Source: a virus (taxonomy: Duplodnaviria; Caudoviricetes). From it: a stretch of DNA of 44,220 nt. A program made the position numbers and the translations under genes. The stretch's first letter is position 1. Every line of letters starts with the position of its first letter. The DNA lies in IMG/VR virus record IMGVR_UViG_3300017644_000118, positions 1 to 44,220 of that record. One strand, 5' to 3'. Below the pieces are notes generated by a model. That model did no database searches, was not told the origin of the DNA, and saw only the letters and a program-made list of their open reading frames with translations. Positions 7,979-17,570 of this stretch are shown piece by piece.

Positions 7979-8394
7979 CCTTCAAAAACCCAGAAGCGGT
8001 GAATGTAGTTGAACGAAGGGTTCGTCTCCAATGACAGACCATAGATGGATGATGTGCTGATATCGTACCGACCGGTGAGCAGGAATATTCCCTTGGCATT
8101 CGATGGTGGCGGGGGAATTGAAGAAATCCCGCCCCACATGCCGCTCATTTGCTGCTTGTCCATATCCACGATCATTAATGCAACGACCGATGGGATGTAG
8201 TTCAACGCATACGGGAAGTTCACCTTTGTATCCGTCAGGGAGTTCGCCGTGAGCTGGAACTTGATCCCGCCACCATAAAACCAGTCACTGTCGAACGTCT
8301 TTTGTGCATCCGGCAATGAAGGTGATGCATTCTGCCCCGGTTTACTCGTGATAAGCCGGGGAGGATTGCCACTCAGATAAATGCGCTGGGCCAT
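7975..8394 (-). CDS. Small tail-tip protein
   Basis: Immediately downstream of the J-like gene; MAQRIYLSGNPPRLITSKPG. Confidence 0.75.
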   Translation of the reverse strand: MAQRIYLSGNPPRLITSKPGQNASPSLPDAQKTFDSDWFYGGGIKFQLTANSLTDTKVNFPYALNYIPSVVALMIVDMDKQQMSGMWGGISSIPPPPSNAKGIFLLTGRYDISTSSIYGLSLETNPSFNYIHRFWVFEG

Positions 8395-8400
8395 CGGTCC

Positions 8401-11025
8401 TCACGTATTGTCACTGAAGATCAGCGTCTTCGCTGCAAGGTTGAACACGACCTGATTGTCAGGCGACCGAAGAATGCCCGCCGTCACGTCACCGATATTG
8501 GCGACCTGAAGGGCCAATGCACCGCCGATGAAGGTCATTGGAGCCTGACTATTCGTGCCATTCGTCACAACGAACTGATCTGCGTTGATCACGACACGGC
8601 TCACCGATGCGTTCACATCGAAGAACATTGCTGCTGTAGACCAGTTTCCTCCTGATCCGCCGCGGACCTGAATGCCATATCGAGCCGACCAACCCGACGG
8701 TGCAGCCGTCGCTTCACCGCGGACGGTTACACTTGCAGAAACGTCACCGACCTGCACTTGCAGTGCTGTGATTGCATTCGCATTGGCGGTCACATTCCCG
8801 TTGGTCGTGGTTATCTGCGTTTGAAGAAGATCAACAGCCTGCGCGATGTCGCTATTTACCTTGACTTCTAGGTTCTCGATACGGGTGGCGATTGCCGAAC
8901 CCGGACCGACTGCAACCGCGATGGCTTCGGTATACGAAGCGGTCAGACCTTCAGCGGACGCCGTTAGTTCACGGCGCAGTATCTGCTTATCGGTATAGTT
9001 CGCGCTGTCCTGTTCGGCCGCCATAGCACCGATACGGTCAAGCTCTTCCTGAACATATCGGAAGCTGTCACCGATCCATTCGAGGTTCTTCTGAATGTCT
9101 TCATTCAACTGGTCGATGTCGATTGGATAGATATCGAGCGGCCCAAGCCGGATATCCAGCATCGTGACAGGTATCCAGTCCGACCATTCGAACGGACGGT
9201 TCCCGGCATATGTCGCGTATCGGGCGCGGATTTGATACGACTTCGTGGGAAGTAGCAGCATCCCCGGAGCCACGAGCATCGATCCGACAGAAACCCGTTC
9301 GGTGCGGCCTGCGAAGATAACGGACAAATCCCAAGCCGTTCTGATCTCGTACATGACCAGATCGACATCGGGTTGATCGCCATCCCATCCAAGCAGGATC
9401 GCGCACCGGCGGTTGTTTCCGTTATCGTCCTGTGCCACCGATGCGACGGCTGAGAAATCGACAATCGGCTGAGGCGTCGGGCGGATCGTGCCAATTGGCG
9501 CAAAGACCGGCGGCGTGTAATCCGTATCAGGGTCCCAATCGTAATCGGATGGATCGACTTCCGTCAGGTCCACCACGACATCAAGATTGGCTTTGTCCGT
9601 CACGCCATCAACGCGCATGAGCTTGTTGACGTAGCCGTTACGCTCAGATGTCCACGAAATCACATCGCCCGGTTCCAGCGTCCAGTAGGCCGGCGGCAGG
9701 ACGAACGTGTGACGACGGGCACGGCGGGCCTCATTCAAGGCCGCTTTCATCAGGCGCTGCACCTGACCAGACCGATAGACATAATCCATCGGCACATCGG
9801 TCAGCAGGCGTCTATTGCCGTCCTCGACCTCATATGTGGCGTTATGGAGCGGCGGCGCTGCCTTGGTGTTCCATCCTTCATTCGGCTCTGGATACGTTGC
9901 CGTGATCCCGTTGACCGTCTCAGACAAGCCGAAGAACGGCGTGAAGGTTTGCTCCTCGGTCGAAATGATTTCATCGTCCGTGAAGAACGCCACCGGAGCA
10001 TCGGGTTCACCCACACGGATTTTGTAGACGCCAGCGCTTTCGATCAGACGCGCATTGCCGCCAGTCAGGAGCTTATCAACCGCATCGCCAATCGTAGTAT
10101 CAACGGTTATTTCGCCACCAGTGACGAACTGCGGCTCCAGACCGTCAGGACCTTGCACCTGCAAGCGACACTTGTTGATCTGCGCAATCCAGTCGGCAGC
10201 AGGCAAACGCGCACTGGTGACCGTCTGGAGGCCGTACAGCCACGTTCCTTGTTCGATAATGCCGCGAAGCAGGTTATAGACCTGCACCGCAAGCAAATCG
10301 TCGCCATCGCCGCCCCATGTAGACGGGTCTGACCACCGGTGCGTCCCGCTGCCGCCTGCCGTGCTGTCTTTCGAGATGTCGTATAGCTTGCGGCCCTGTA
10401 TCTCGAATTTGAACTGCGGGAAGCCGGTGAACAGTTCCTCATCGATCTGGGCCGTGACGATGGCATAGGCCACGCCTTTGCCGATACGCTTGTTGCTATA
10501 TGGGTATCTAGAGTTCGAAACCGTGTTGACGAGGAACGGATCGGCTACGGTCTGTGTGCCGTCATACCATTTGATCCAGAGGTGATTGTCGTCGCCATCG
10601 GTCTCGTATTCCTTAACCGGGAAGCCCCAATCGCCGTAAGATGTATCGCTCGTATCAATGGTGACAGGTTCGCCATTGACCCACAGCCCGGTCAAGTCAC
10701 GGATTGGATGATCAGCAAGCGCAATCACCTGAGTGAAGTAGGCGTTCGGCGTCTTGCCAGACTTGCCCCATGTGTTCGCATAAACCAGGGACCCCGCCGT
10801 ACACGTGCGACCGAACACGACAGAGCGCGAAACGTCGCCACCGGCCTGAAGCTTGCCTTTTACGCCGCCCGCTTCTGGTGTCTTCTCGCCAGACAATGCA
10901 CGGGCGGCCAAAGACAAGCCAACGCCCACCGCAATACGCAGCAGCGCGCCACCAAGTGCACCTGACAAAAAGGTAGACGAAAGCAGGCCGCCCACGATTG
11001 TGGACAAGCCAGTAAAAACAGCCAT
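8401..11025 (-). CDS. Central tail fibre / tail tip protein (gpJ-like)
   Basis: 874 aa; SVVFGRT..AGS, FEIQGRKLYD, LEPGDVI, a coiled coil, and a DUF1983-like C-terminus (SRVVINADQFVV). Confidence 0.9.
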   Translation of the reverse strand: MAVFTGLSTIVGGLLSSTFLSGALGGALLRIAVGVGLSLAARALSGEKTPEAGGVKGKLQAGGDVSRSVVFGRTCTAGSLVYANTWGKSGKTPNAYFTQVIALADHPIRDLTGLWVNGEPVTIDTSDTSYGDWGFPVKEYETDGDDNHLWIKWYDGTQTVADPFLVNTVSNSRYPYSNKRIGKGVAYAIVTAQIDEELFTGFPQFKFEIQGRKLYDISKDSTAGGSGTHRWSDPSTWGGDGDDLLAVQVYNLLRGIIEQGTWLYGLQTVTSARLPAADWIAQINKCRLQVQGPDGLEPQFVTGGEITVDTTIGDAVDKLLTGGNARLIESAGVYKIRVGEPDAPVAFFTDDEIISTEEQTFTPFFGLSETVNGITATYPEPNEGWNTKAAPPLHNATYEVEDGNRRLLTDVPMDYVYRSGQVQRLMKAALNEARRARRHTFVLPPAYWTLEPGDVISWTSERNGYVNKLMRVDGVTDKANLDVVVDLTEVDPSDYDWDPDTDYTPPVFAPIGTIRPTPQPIVDFSAVASVAQDDNGNNRRCAILLGWDGDQPDVDLVMYEIRTAWDLSVIFAGRTERVSVGSMLVAPGMLLLPTKSYQIRARYATYAGNRPFEWSDWIPVTMLDIRLGPLDIYPIDIDQLNEDIQKNLEWIGDSFRYVQEELDRIGAMAAEQDSANYTDKQILRRELTASAEGLTASYTEAIAVAVGPGSAIATRIENLEVKVNSDIAQAVDLLQTQITTTNGNVTANANAITALQVQVGDVSASVTVRGEATAAPSGWSARYGIQVRGGSGGNWSTAAMFFDVNASVSRVVINADQFVVTNGTNSQAPMTFIGGALALQVANIGDVTAGILRSPDNQVVFNLAAKTLIFSDNT

Positions 11026-11044
11026 TGATGTCCTCGGAGAGCGG

Positions 11045-11479
11045 CTAGAGCCGTTTCAAAAAGTGTCGTTCCTGCGCCATGTAACCGTGACGCTCGTAAA
11101 GTCGTGTCGTGACTGGATCGCCGCCCAGACCGACCATATTGACCGCGTGGCATCCCTTTGACCGCGCCCAAGCCTCATACTCGGCTAGCATCTTCACAGC
11201 GCCACGGCCCCGATAGGCCGGATCAACCCACCAGACGAGCTCTTGCGCGCACAGCTCCAGACTGAAAAAATGCGGTTGGACCGTCGCCGCAAAGATGCCG
11301 CGCAGGCAGCCATCCATTTCGAGGACGAGAGCGAGAGAATTGTCATCAGCCAGAACCCGGTCAATCGTCTGGCTGGCAAGGGCCGCACTGAAAGCAAGCC
11401 CTGCCCCGCTTTCGGCATGAAACCGCTTGACCATCGATAGAATACCCAACCGGTCCGCCGTCACAGCCCGACGGATCAT
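11045..11479 (-). CDS. GNAT-family acetyltransferase in the tail module
   Basis: WWVDPAYRGRG acetyl-CoA motif and LYERHGY. Confidence 0.88.
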   Translation of the reverse strand: MIRRAVTADRLGILSMVKRFHAESGAGLAFSAALASQTIDRVLADDNSLALVLEMDGCLRGIFAATVQPHFFSLELCAQELVWWVDPAYRGRGAVKMLAEYEAWARSKGCHAVNMVGLGGDPVTTRLYERHGYMAQERHFLKRL

Positions 11480-12153
11480 TGGTTGACAGCCCTTACGCTC
11501 GTCCCGATACGCTGAATTGCTGCCGTGGTTAACTTGCCGGTCTTCTGGCCCCAGAAGTGCTCACGCTCACCAATGGTCGATGCATCCACGAAGAAATCAT
11601 CGTCAGGGTCGCGTCGTTTTTGATCCTCGTGGGAACGGGTTCCTGGGTTGTATCGGGTGAACTCCTGCGAATGGCTGACGCATGTCATCTTGACCGCGCC
11701 TTCCTCACCTTCCTTCGGGGTGTTGATCTCGATCTGATCGACATAGCCGATGAAGCGATTGACCGCCGGAGCGACCAATTGCCGAGATGCCGGTGAGAAC
11801 AGACCGCGATAGACCTCGACCTGTCCCTGTTTCAGATCGTAACCGCGAACGATGTTGTTCACGGCTTCATCGATCTGGTTCATCGTGACATCGATAGTCT
11901 GAACCGTGAGGTTGGCGACAAGCGGTATGTCACTGATCTGAATGAGCGTTCCTGATCCTTCGAAGTTGCGCGTCTCAGGTTGTCCGGTATTCGGATTGAG
12001 GATGGGCGCTTGCACATCGCCCACGTCCGACCAGAAGCCATACGAGAACAGAGCGCCTGTCGAACGGTCCCGCGCTACCAGCCAGAGGAAGTCCCGCGCC
12101 ACCAGTTGGCGGGCTTGCAGAGCCGCGTAGTTTTCGGCTGATAGATTTCTCAT
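11476..12153 (-). CDS. Minor tail / baseplate hub protein
   Basis: Position after the distal tail gene; C-terminal RSHEDQKRRDPDDDFF...FWG pattern. Confidence 0.75.
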   Translation of the reverse strand: MRNLSAENYAALQARQLVARDFLWLVARDRSTGALFSYGFWSDVGDVQAPILNPNTGQPETRNFEGSGTLIQISDIPLVANLTVQTIDVTMNQIDEAVNNIVRGYDLKQGQVEVYRGLFSPASRQLVAPAVNRFIGYVDQIEINTPKEGEEGAVKMTCVSHSQEFTRYNPGTRSHEDQKRRDPDDDFFVDASTIGEREHFWGQKTGKLTTAAIQRIGTSVRAVNQ

Positions 12154-12758
12154 CGGCTTTCGAACCCTTGGAACGTAATAACTCCCCTGCCCGTCGATAG
12201 ATCAGCCGTGGTGTTGATCGAACCCGGCACAATCGTCATCAGGCAGGACGGTTTAACGAGCGTCACAGCGTCACCAACTGCTGTAGTTGGCCAAAGGTGC
12301 GGTCTAACTTCGACCTCCGAACCGGACACGTTGACGATCTGGTGAAGGTCGTTCGTTCTGATCTGGAGATAGTCGCCCACGCTGGCGATGTAGCCACCCG
12401 GTAGGCCAGAGAGGCCAATTGTGTTCCGGTTCGCTCCGATGCTGCCCACCGTCACCGCAGAAACATTTCCCATGCCCGTACTGTTCGGGTAGGCGATGGG
12501 ATAACACCGGCTGGTTGGCCTGCCCCGGAACTGTTGCAACCCTCCTTCCAGCGCCTTCAACCGCGCCCGCCAAGCGTCCAATTCATTCGGGCGCATAGAT
12601 CGGGATTGATATGAAGCCGTCCAGAGAGGCGAACCGAAGTCCTTGACGAAGGTCTGCCCGATTGCCGTTCGGCTTGCTTCCTGCCGATAAGCCAGATCAA
12701 AGTCGGTTGACCAGCCCGGAAACTCGGCAAGGATGTCGCAGGGATACGTGATCGCCAC
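12150..12758 (-). CDS. Distal tail protein (Dit-like)
   Basis: Directly downstream of the tape measure gene; LWTASY..WRARLKALEG. Confidence 0.7.
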   Translation of the reverse strand: MAITYPCDILAEFPGWSTDFDLAYRQEASRTAIGQTFVKDFGSPLWTASYQSRSMRPNELDAWRARLKALEGGLQQFRGRPTSRCYPIAYPNSTGMGNVSAVTVGSIGANRNTIGLSGLPGGYIASVGDYLQIRTNDLHQIVNVSGSEVEVRPHLWPTTAVGDAVTLVKPSCLMTIVPGSINTTADLSTGRGVITFQGFESR

Positions 12759-14831
12759 TTAGCCTCTCCAATTCCTGGTTGATTTGGCTTTGCGCATGGT
12801 TCCAACGACACGGCCCTCAAACTCAGCCTGTTGCCGCGCAACAACCTGCTCAAGACGAGCCACAGCTGCGACATCAGCCCCGCGAGCATCAATCTGGGGA
12901 GCGAACGTGAATGTTCCTCCCGATGATCCGCCGCCTGACAGCTTAGCCGGTGAGCCAATCGCGTGATTGGGTATTACCTGTGATCCGCGAGGGAGGTTCA
13001 CGAGCTCGGGACCACGTTCGCCAACGATAGCCAATCCGCCTGGAGCGTAGTTCGTGCCGGTCGCGAAACCGGGAATCAGACCTCCCAAAAAGCCGCCACC
13101 GCCGCCCGATCCCTTGAAAAGCCCGGTGAACAAGTCATCAAAAACCATATCGAGCAGCTTCTGTGCAATGCGCCCGAGAGCATTCGAAAACGCATCAGCC
13201 GCTGATTTACCGGCGATCAGATCATCAACGATACCGCGTGTCGCATCCTTGGCCAGATCCTGCCATTCTTCCGAACGCTGGCGAATCTTGTCCTGAGCCT
13301 CCGCGAGCTGATTTGCCTCGGCAGTTGCTCGGGCATACTCATCCGCAATCCGGCCGATGTTCTCGCGCATTTCCGGCGTGATCGCCTTGCCGTCCTTTTG
13401 GGCGGCATTCATCAGAGCCTGCTCGGCACGAGCCTTGGCCAGCGTGTAACCGTAGTCCTCGACCGTGGCATCGAGCTTCCGCAGAGCTTCTGTTTCGGCG
13501 ACAGTGGTTGCGGTCCGATCACTGAAACTGCGCGATGTCCGCTCAAGATCGCTCTCACGTGGCTTCCGCGGTTTACGGTTAGCTTCACGTTCAGCCTTAC
13601 GACGAGCCGATTCCTCTGCCGATCTGCGCTTATCAGCCTCGACATTCTGCTGTGCCAGATCACGAAGTTGTTTCTCGGTTAGTACTGCGCCAGCCTTGTC
13701 CGCTTCGGACCGAACACGAGCGATTTCGTTCTCGACATCGAGCTGATCCTTCGACATCGCATTGCGCTTTGCAGCGTTGGCGGTGAACTCGTCTGTTTTC
13801 TTAGAGAGCTCATCAAAGCCTTTGATAAGATTGGCGGCGTAGTCCTCAAAAGGTGCCTTGCCAGTCTGCATGTTCGCTTGGGCATTGAGCTCTGCAGTTG
13901 CACGGGCTGCCTCATTCAGCGGGCCGATAAGAGCCGAAATGGCACTTGCGAAACTATCAATTGCCGGAATGCTTGTGGAATTGAGCAATGTCGACAGAGC
14001 TTCGGTGACCGCTTGATAATCCTTCTGTGTCGCCGTGCCGGCTTCGATGTTGCCTTTTAGATTGAAGAACGTTTCACGGAATCGCTCTAGCTCCTCAACG
14101 GGAGCTCCTGCACCCTGCAGCTGAGCCATAAGATCGGCATATTCGACCGTGAAGCCGCCGACCTGTTCACGCAATTTTGCCCACTGATCGGCGACAGCTA
14201 CAGCGGTGGCGTCTTCGACCTTCTTGTTTTCCTCGACCTTCCGGCGCTCATCGTTGTAGGCCTTCAGGGCAGGCAAAGCCTCGCCCCACTTGTCAACGAC
14301 GTCCTGAATTAGTTGAGCTTCTTTCTTAAGCTGCTCCTCCGACTTCGTGCCGCTCGTGAAAAGCTCATCGAAGTATGAAATCGCAGCACTGCCCAACAGA
14401 ACGAAAGCCGTGGTTGCCAAGCCAAGTGGGCTGATAAGGCCAGCAACGGTAGACTTCAAGGCGCCCATTACGCCTGTCATCTGTCCACCGTACATCGTAA
14501 TCTGCGGCAGCTGCTGAGCAAGGAGCATAAACGGTGACTGGCCAGCCGCCAGCATGGTGCCAATATCTTGAAACTGGAATGCCAGATTGCGCATCTGTTG
14601 CTGCGCAAGCTTGGATTCATCGGCAGTTTTCTTGATCGCTGGCGCCGCTTTTTCGAAGGCACCGATTGCGCTGTTGAACGAAACAGCTGATGCATTACCC
14701 GCCGTCACCGCTGCCTGTGACATTGCTGCGATGTTTTTCGTGAAGTTGGCAGATGCTTGCGCTATACGCTGATTATATGCATCAGTTTCTGCTCGTAGCT
14801 CAACGACCACCTGGTCAGCAGTGACAGCCAT
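12759..14831 (-). CDS. Tail tape measure protein
   Basis: 690 aa, Ala-rich and helical; NLAFQFQDI..LAAGQSPF..LAQQ; C-terminal FATG..VGERGPELV. Confidence 0.95.
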   Translation of the reverse strand: MAVTADQVVVELRAETDAYNQRIAQASANFTKNIAAMSQAAVTAGNASAVSFNSAIGAFEKAAPAIKKTADESKLAQQQMRNLAFQFQDIGTMLAAGQSPFMLLAQQLPQITMYGGQMTGVMGALKSTVAGLISPLGLATTAFVLLGSAAISYFDELFTSGTKSEEQLKKEAQLIQDVVDKWGEALPALKAYNDERRKVEENKKVEDATAVAVADQWAKLREQVGGFTVEYADLMAQLQGAGAPVEELERFRETFFNLKGNIEAGTATQKDYQAVTEALSTLLNSTSIPAIDSFASAISALIGPLNEAARATAELNAQANMQTGKAPFEDYAANLIKGFDELSKKTDEFTANAAKRNAMSKDQLDVENEIARVRSEADKAGAVLTEKQLRDLAQQNVEADKRRSAEESARRKAEREANRKPRKPRESDLERTSRSFSDRTATTVAETEALRKLDATVEDYGYTLAKARAEQALMNAAQKDGKAITPEMRENIGRIADEYARATAEANQLAEAQDKIRQRSEEWQDLAKDATRGIVDDLIAGKSAADAFSNALGRIAQKLLDMVFDDLFTGLFKGSGGGGGFLGGLIPGFATGTNYAPGGLAIVGERGPELVNLPRGSQVIPNHAIGSPAKLSGGGSSGGTFTFAPQIDARGADVAAVARLEQVVARQQAEFEGRVVGTMRKAKSTRNWRG

Positions 14832-14843
14832 AAGGGGGCCTCA

Positions 14844-15104
14844 TTGGATAATGGATTGAAAGTTCTGATCGCAGCGGCATGCGTCGTGATCATTGCCGGC
14901 GGTGCTTATTTCGGATGGACGCAATACCGGGAGGCGCAAGTAACGGCAGCGCAGACGGCACAAAGTGACAGACAAGCCGCTTGTCGCGGTACGTTGACCA
15001 AAGCCGGGGCGCCCTTGCAGACACTTCGCGATGAATGCCGTAAGGCAGGCCTCATTTCAGATGAGGAATATTACCGGGCAAACAGCGGGCAGTTCACCGA
15101 CTGA
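14844..15104 (+). CDS. Antisense-oriented small membrane-anchored protein (moron)
   Basis: N-terminal TM helix plus a two-Cys domain; fills the gap between the TAC and tape measure genes. Confidence 0.7.
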   Translation: MDNGLKVLIAAACVVIIAGGAYFGWTQYREAQVTAAQTAQSDRQAACRGTLTKAGAPLQTLRDECRKAGLISDEEYYRANSGQFTD

Positions 15105-15107
15105 TTG

Positions 15108-15359
15108 TCAGTGCAATCTGACTGACGGATCATTGAGTGTCGCTGCGGCCAGAAGCTGTTCCGCTTGAGCCCAATCCGAATCTGACACGCTCGGCATCTG
15201 CTTCTTGTCCATCTGTTTGATGGCAGCGTTCATACTGGCAATCTCGTACATGCTCATCGCGTCGATCGCTCTCGGGTTGACACCAGCATGCAGGAGAACC
15301 GCCCGATACTTGCCGAACTCTATTCGGTCGCCGGGTTCTCCCCGGCCTTCGGCTCCCCC
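15108..15359 (-). CDS. Tail assembly chaperone GT extension (-1 frameshift frame)
   Basis: Open -1 frame from G GGG GAG (15359-15353) to TGA at 15108: ...DRIEFGKYRAVLLHAGVNPRAIDAMSMYEIASM...LH*. Confidence 0.65.
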   Translation of the reverse strand, partial: GGAEGRGEPGDRIEFGKYRAVLLHAGVNPRAIDAMSMYEIASMNAAIKQMDKKQMPSVSDSDWAQAEQLLAAATLNDPSVRLH

Positions 15360-15709
15360 GCATCGATATCTCCGACACCGTGGAATGCAGCGTTCAGAAC
15401 AGCTTTGGCGACAGTTTCCGGGTTGTTCGGGCCGGTAACCAGAACGGCTGGCTTCTCACGACCTATATACATGTCAGTCAGGCGCTTAGCCTCTACCGCA
15501 CCCATACCGCCGCCGATCAGACCGAGGCGAACCGTGTGATACAGGTCGTTGAAGAACCACACGCCGAGCATGACACGTTGATAAATGGCGCCGATACCGA
15601 CCTTGCCGCAGATATGCTCCAGCTCTTCGATTTCCTTGCCCCGGAGGGCGAAGGCATATTCGCCATCGCCCCATTCGAGAACAATCTCAGCTCTCAGACT
15701 TGCTGACAT
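15320..15709 (-). CDS. Tail assembly chaperone (GTA gp10-like)
   Basis: LEWGDGEYAFAL, RLGLIGGGM...AKRL; lies between the major tail and tape measure genes. Confidence 0.85.
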   Translation of the reverse strand: MSASLRAEIVLEWGDGEYAFALRGKEIEELEHICGKVGIGAIYQRVMLGVWFFNDLYHTVRLGLIGGGMGAVEAKRLTDMYIGREKPAVLVTGPNNPETVAKAVLNAAFHGVGDIDAGEPKAGENPATE

Positions 15710-15717
15710 GTGTCACC

Positions 15718-16461
15718 TTATGCCGTCACGACAGGAAGTGACGACGCTGATTGGCTGTTGATGGAGCCTGAAACATTGGTCGCTGTCTCGACCACATGCA
15801 GCACCTTGCCGACATCACCGGCAACAGGCGTATAGCTCGCCGTGGTAGCTGCCGAGATGGCGATACCGTTAGCGAACCACTGATATGCAAGTGCTGGCGT
15901 TCCTGTGTATGTGCCAGGCGTAGCAACGAATGCTGTACCAACTTCTGGCGCCGTCGTCGGAATGGATACTGCCGTGGTGATGCTCGGTGCCGGTGGAATC
16001 GCATGCCATTCCGGCTGACCATCCCAGATGATCGTACCAGAGTTGGTGTAGCGACCGCGATCGGTGCTTTCTTCCTGATACTCGGTCAGGGCTGCAGGGC
16101 CTTCCCAGTAACCAGCATTCGGAGCACCGAGATTGCGATACCACCGGCACCAATAGAGATCGGAGCCCTGCGACCACGCATCCCAGAGCGGCAGAGCTTC
16201 ATCCGCCAGAGTGCCGGTGAACGTCGACTGCATGCGCTTCGACACAATGTCGATACCAAGCCAGATCGGATCGTCTGGAGCATTGCAGGGAGGCAACGCC
16301 ACATCATTCGTATTCGTGGTGATCTGTCGCGTTAGCCCCGTAATGCCGCACGGAGACGAGAAGATCGCACCTGCTGGCGGCGTGGTCTCGCCGGGAGTGT
16401 ACTTTGGCCCGATCAGGATCTGCTGGGCGCCAAAGCGAACGCTGTAATCGCGCTGTGCCAT
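15718..16461 (-). CDS. Major tail (tube) protein with C-terminal Ig-like domain
   Basis: PCGIT and PPC..PD tube motifs; C-terminal YQWFANG...SYTPVAGDVGK; AAAGGAA RBS. Confidence 0.88.
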   Translation of the reverse strand: MAQRDYSVRFGAQQILIGPKYTPGETTPPAGAIFSSPCGITGLTRQITTNTNDVALPPCNAPDDPIWLGIDIVSKRMQSTFTGTLADEALPLWDAWSQGSDLYWCRWYRNLGAPNAGYWEGPAALTEYQEESTDRGRYTNSGTIIWDGQPEWHAIPPAPSITTAVSIPTTAPEVGTAFVATPGTYTGTPALAYQWFANGIAISAATTASYTPVAGDVGKVLHVVETATNVSGSINSQSASSLPVVTA

Positions 16462-16541
16462 GTGACTTGTTCCTTTCCATGTCAAAACGCGCCGTCACCT
16501 CGTCGGCGCGGCGTCATGGCTTGTTGAAGGTGTGTGATTGG

Positions 16542-16967
16542 TCAGACGGTCTTGATGACCGTCACGTCAAACTCAGTGATGGAATGCCATCGATCGGCCT
16601 CGCCATCTTCTTGTATGCATCTGGTCTGGAGCCATTCGCATTCGATAACGCCGAGATTATCTGGCGCGAAAGAGCCCATGGCATTGACGATTGCCGCCGC
16701 TATATCAAGCGCCCTGTCCTCGCCCGCATAGATCGTTTTCGTCTCGGCAAAGGCGTGAATAGTCACTCGCGTGGTGCTGCCGTTCCAGCAAGTTGCCTCG
16801 AAAGCTCCGGTTATCGGACTGCCATATCGGATGAACGGCCAAACAGGATTCGCTGGCGGTGACATCGCATAGATGCGATCAAGCGGGACAAATTCCAGAA
16901 CTCCGGGATCGGCCGCGATATGATCGACAATGGCCGCTTTCAATGGGCGAGATAGATCAACTGCCAA
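16542..16967 (-). CDS. Tail completion/terminator protein (DUF3168-like)
   Basis: AIVDHIAADP, RIY..P...WPFIRYG; TTG start inferred. Confidence 0.8.
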   Translation of the reverse strand: MAVDLSRPLKAAIVDHIAADPGVLEFVPLDRIYAMSPPANPVWPFIRYGSPITGAFEATCWNGSTTRVTIHAFAETKTIYAGEDRALDIAAAIVNAMGSFAPDNLGVIECEWLQTRCIQEDGEADRWHSITEFDVTVIKTV

Positions 16968-17196
16968 GGATGACACTCCCGTCCTTACCGACCTTCGCGC
17001 CTGCGGGACGCTCAATCACTTCGATCAATCCACCGGACAAGCCTGCGTCGATACAAGCCTGTGGCTCATAAGAAACCTGACCTCGCTGAAATGACTTCAT
17101 CAGACCGGGCCTTATGATCCAGTCAAAACGCTCACCGATGACGCGGAACCACCGAGAAGACGGTTGCGCCGGAGTTGATTGTTTCGCTTTTGCCAT
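16957..17196 (-). CDS. Small hypothetical neck-region protein
   Basis: GGAG RBS; packed between neck genes. Confidence 0.65.
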   Translation of the reverse strand: MAKAKQSTPAQPSSRWFRVIGERFDWIIRPGLMKSFQRGQVSYEPQACIDAGLSGGLIEVIERPAGAKVGKDGSVILGS

Positions 17197-17201
17197 ATCC
17201 G

Positions 17202-17570
17202 TTACTCCGAAGCCTGTCTTATGCCGCGCATGATCCAAGCTGCCCGAGCCGGATCTGATCGGACACCTGAAACCTTCCAGCGCCTGCCCTGTGCGACGAC
17301 AATGCTGTCACTGTCCGGCTCTTTATCGGCAAGACCTGATTGCAGGATGATCAGTTTCACATCAGTGTCGGTATAACCGGCGGACTGGCGTATGGCTTCA
17401 TCGGCTCGGTCAACCTGTACCTTGCATGGCACTGACGATTCCTGCGGTATCTGAACGCCACCGGGACCACGTACCATCGTTACCGTGATCAACTGGCCGT
17501 CACCGTAGATGTCAGAAAAGATATCGCCGAACAGCTGCTGGATATCGGTCGTGTCGAGTAGACCAGCCAT
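17202..17570 (-). CDS. Head-tail joining/closure protein
   Basis: DVKLIILQ and W.V..V.SDPA.A.W motifs; position. Confidence 0.75.
   Translation of the reverse strand: MAGLLDTTDIQQLFGDIFSDIYGDGQLITVTMVRGPGGVQIPQESSVPCKVQVDRADEAIRQSAGYTDTDVKLIILQSGLADKEPDSDSIVVAQGRRWKVSGVRSDPARAAWIMRGIRQASE

Noticed and set aside
5455-11025. Diversity-generating retroelement or invertible tail-fibre cassette
   Set aside because: No reverse transcriptase, TR/VR repeat pair, invertase or flanking inverted sites seen
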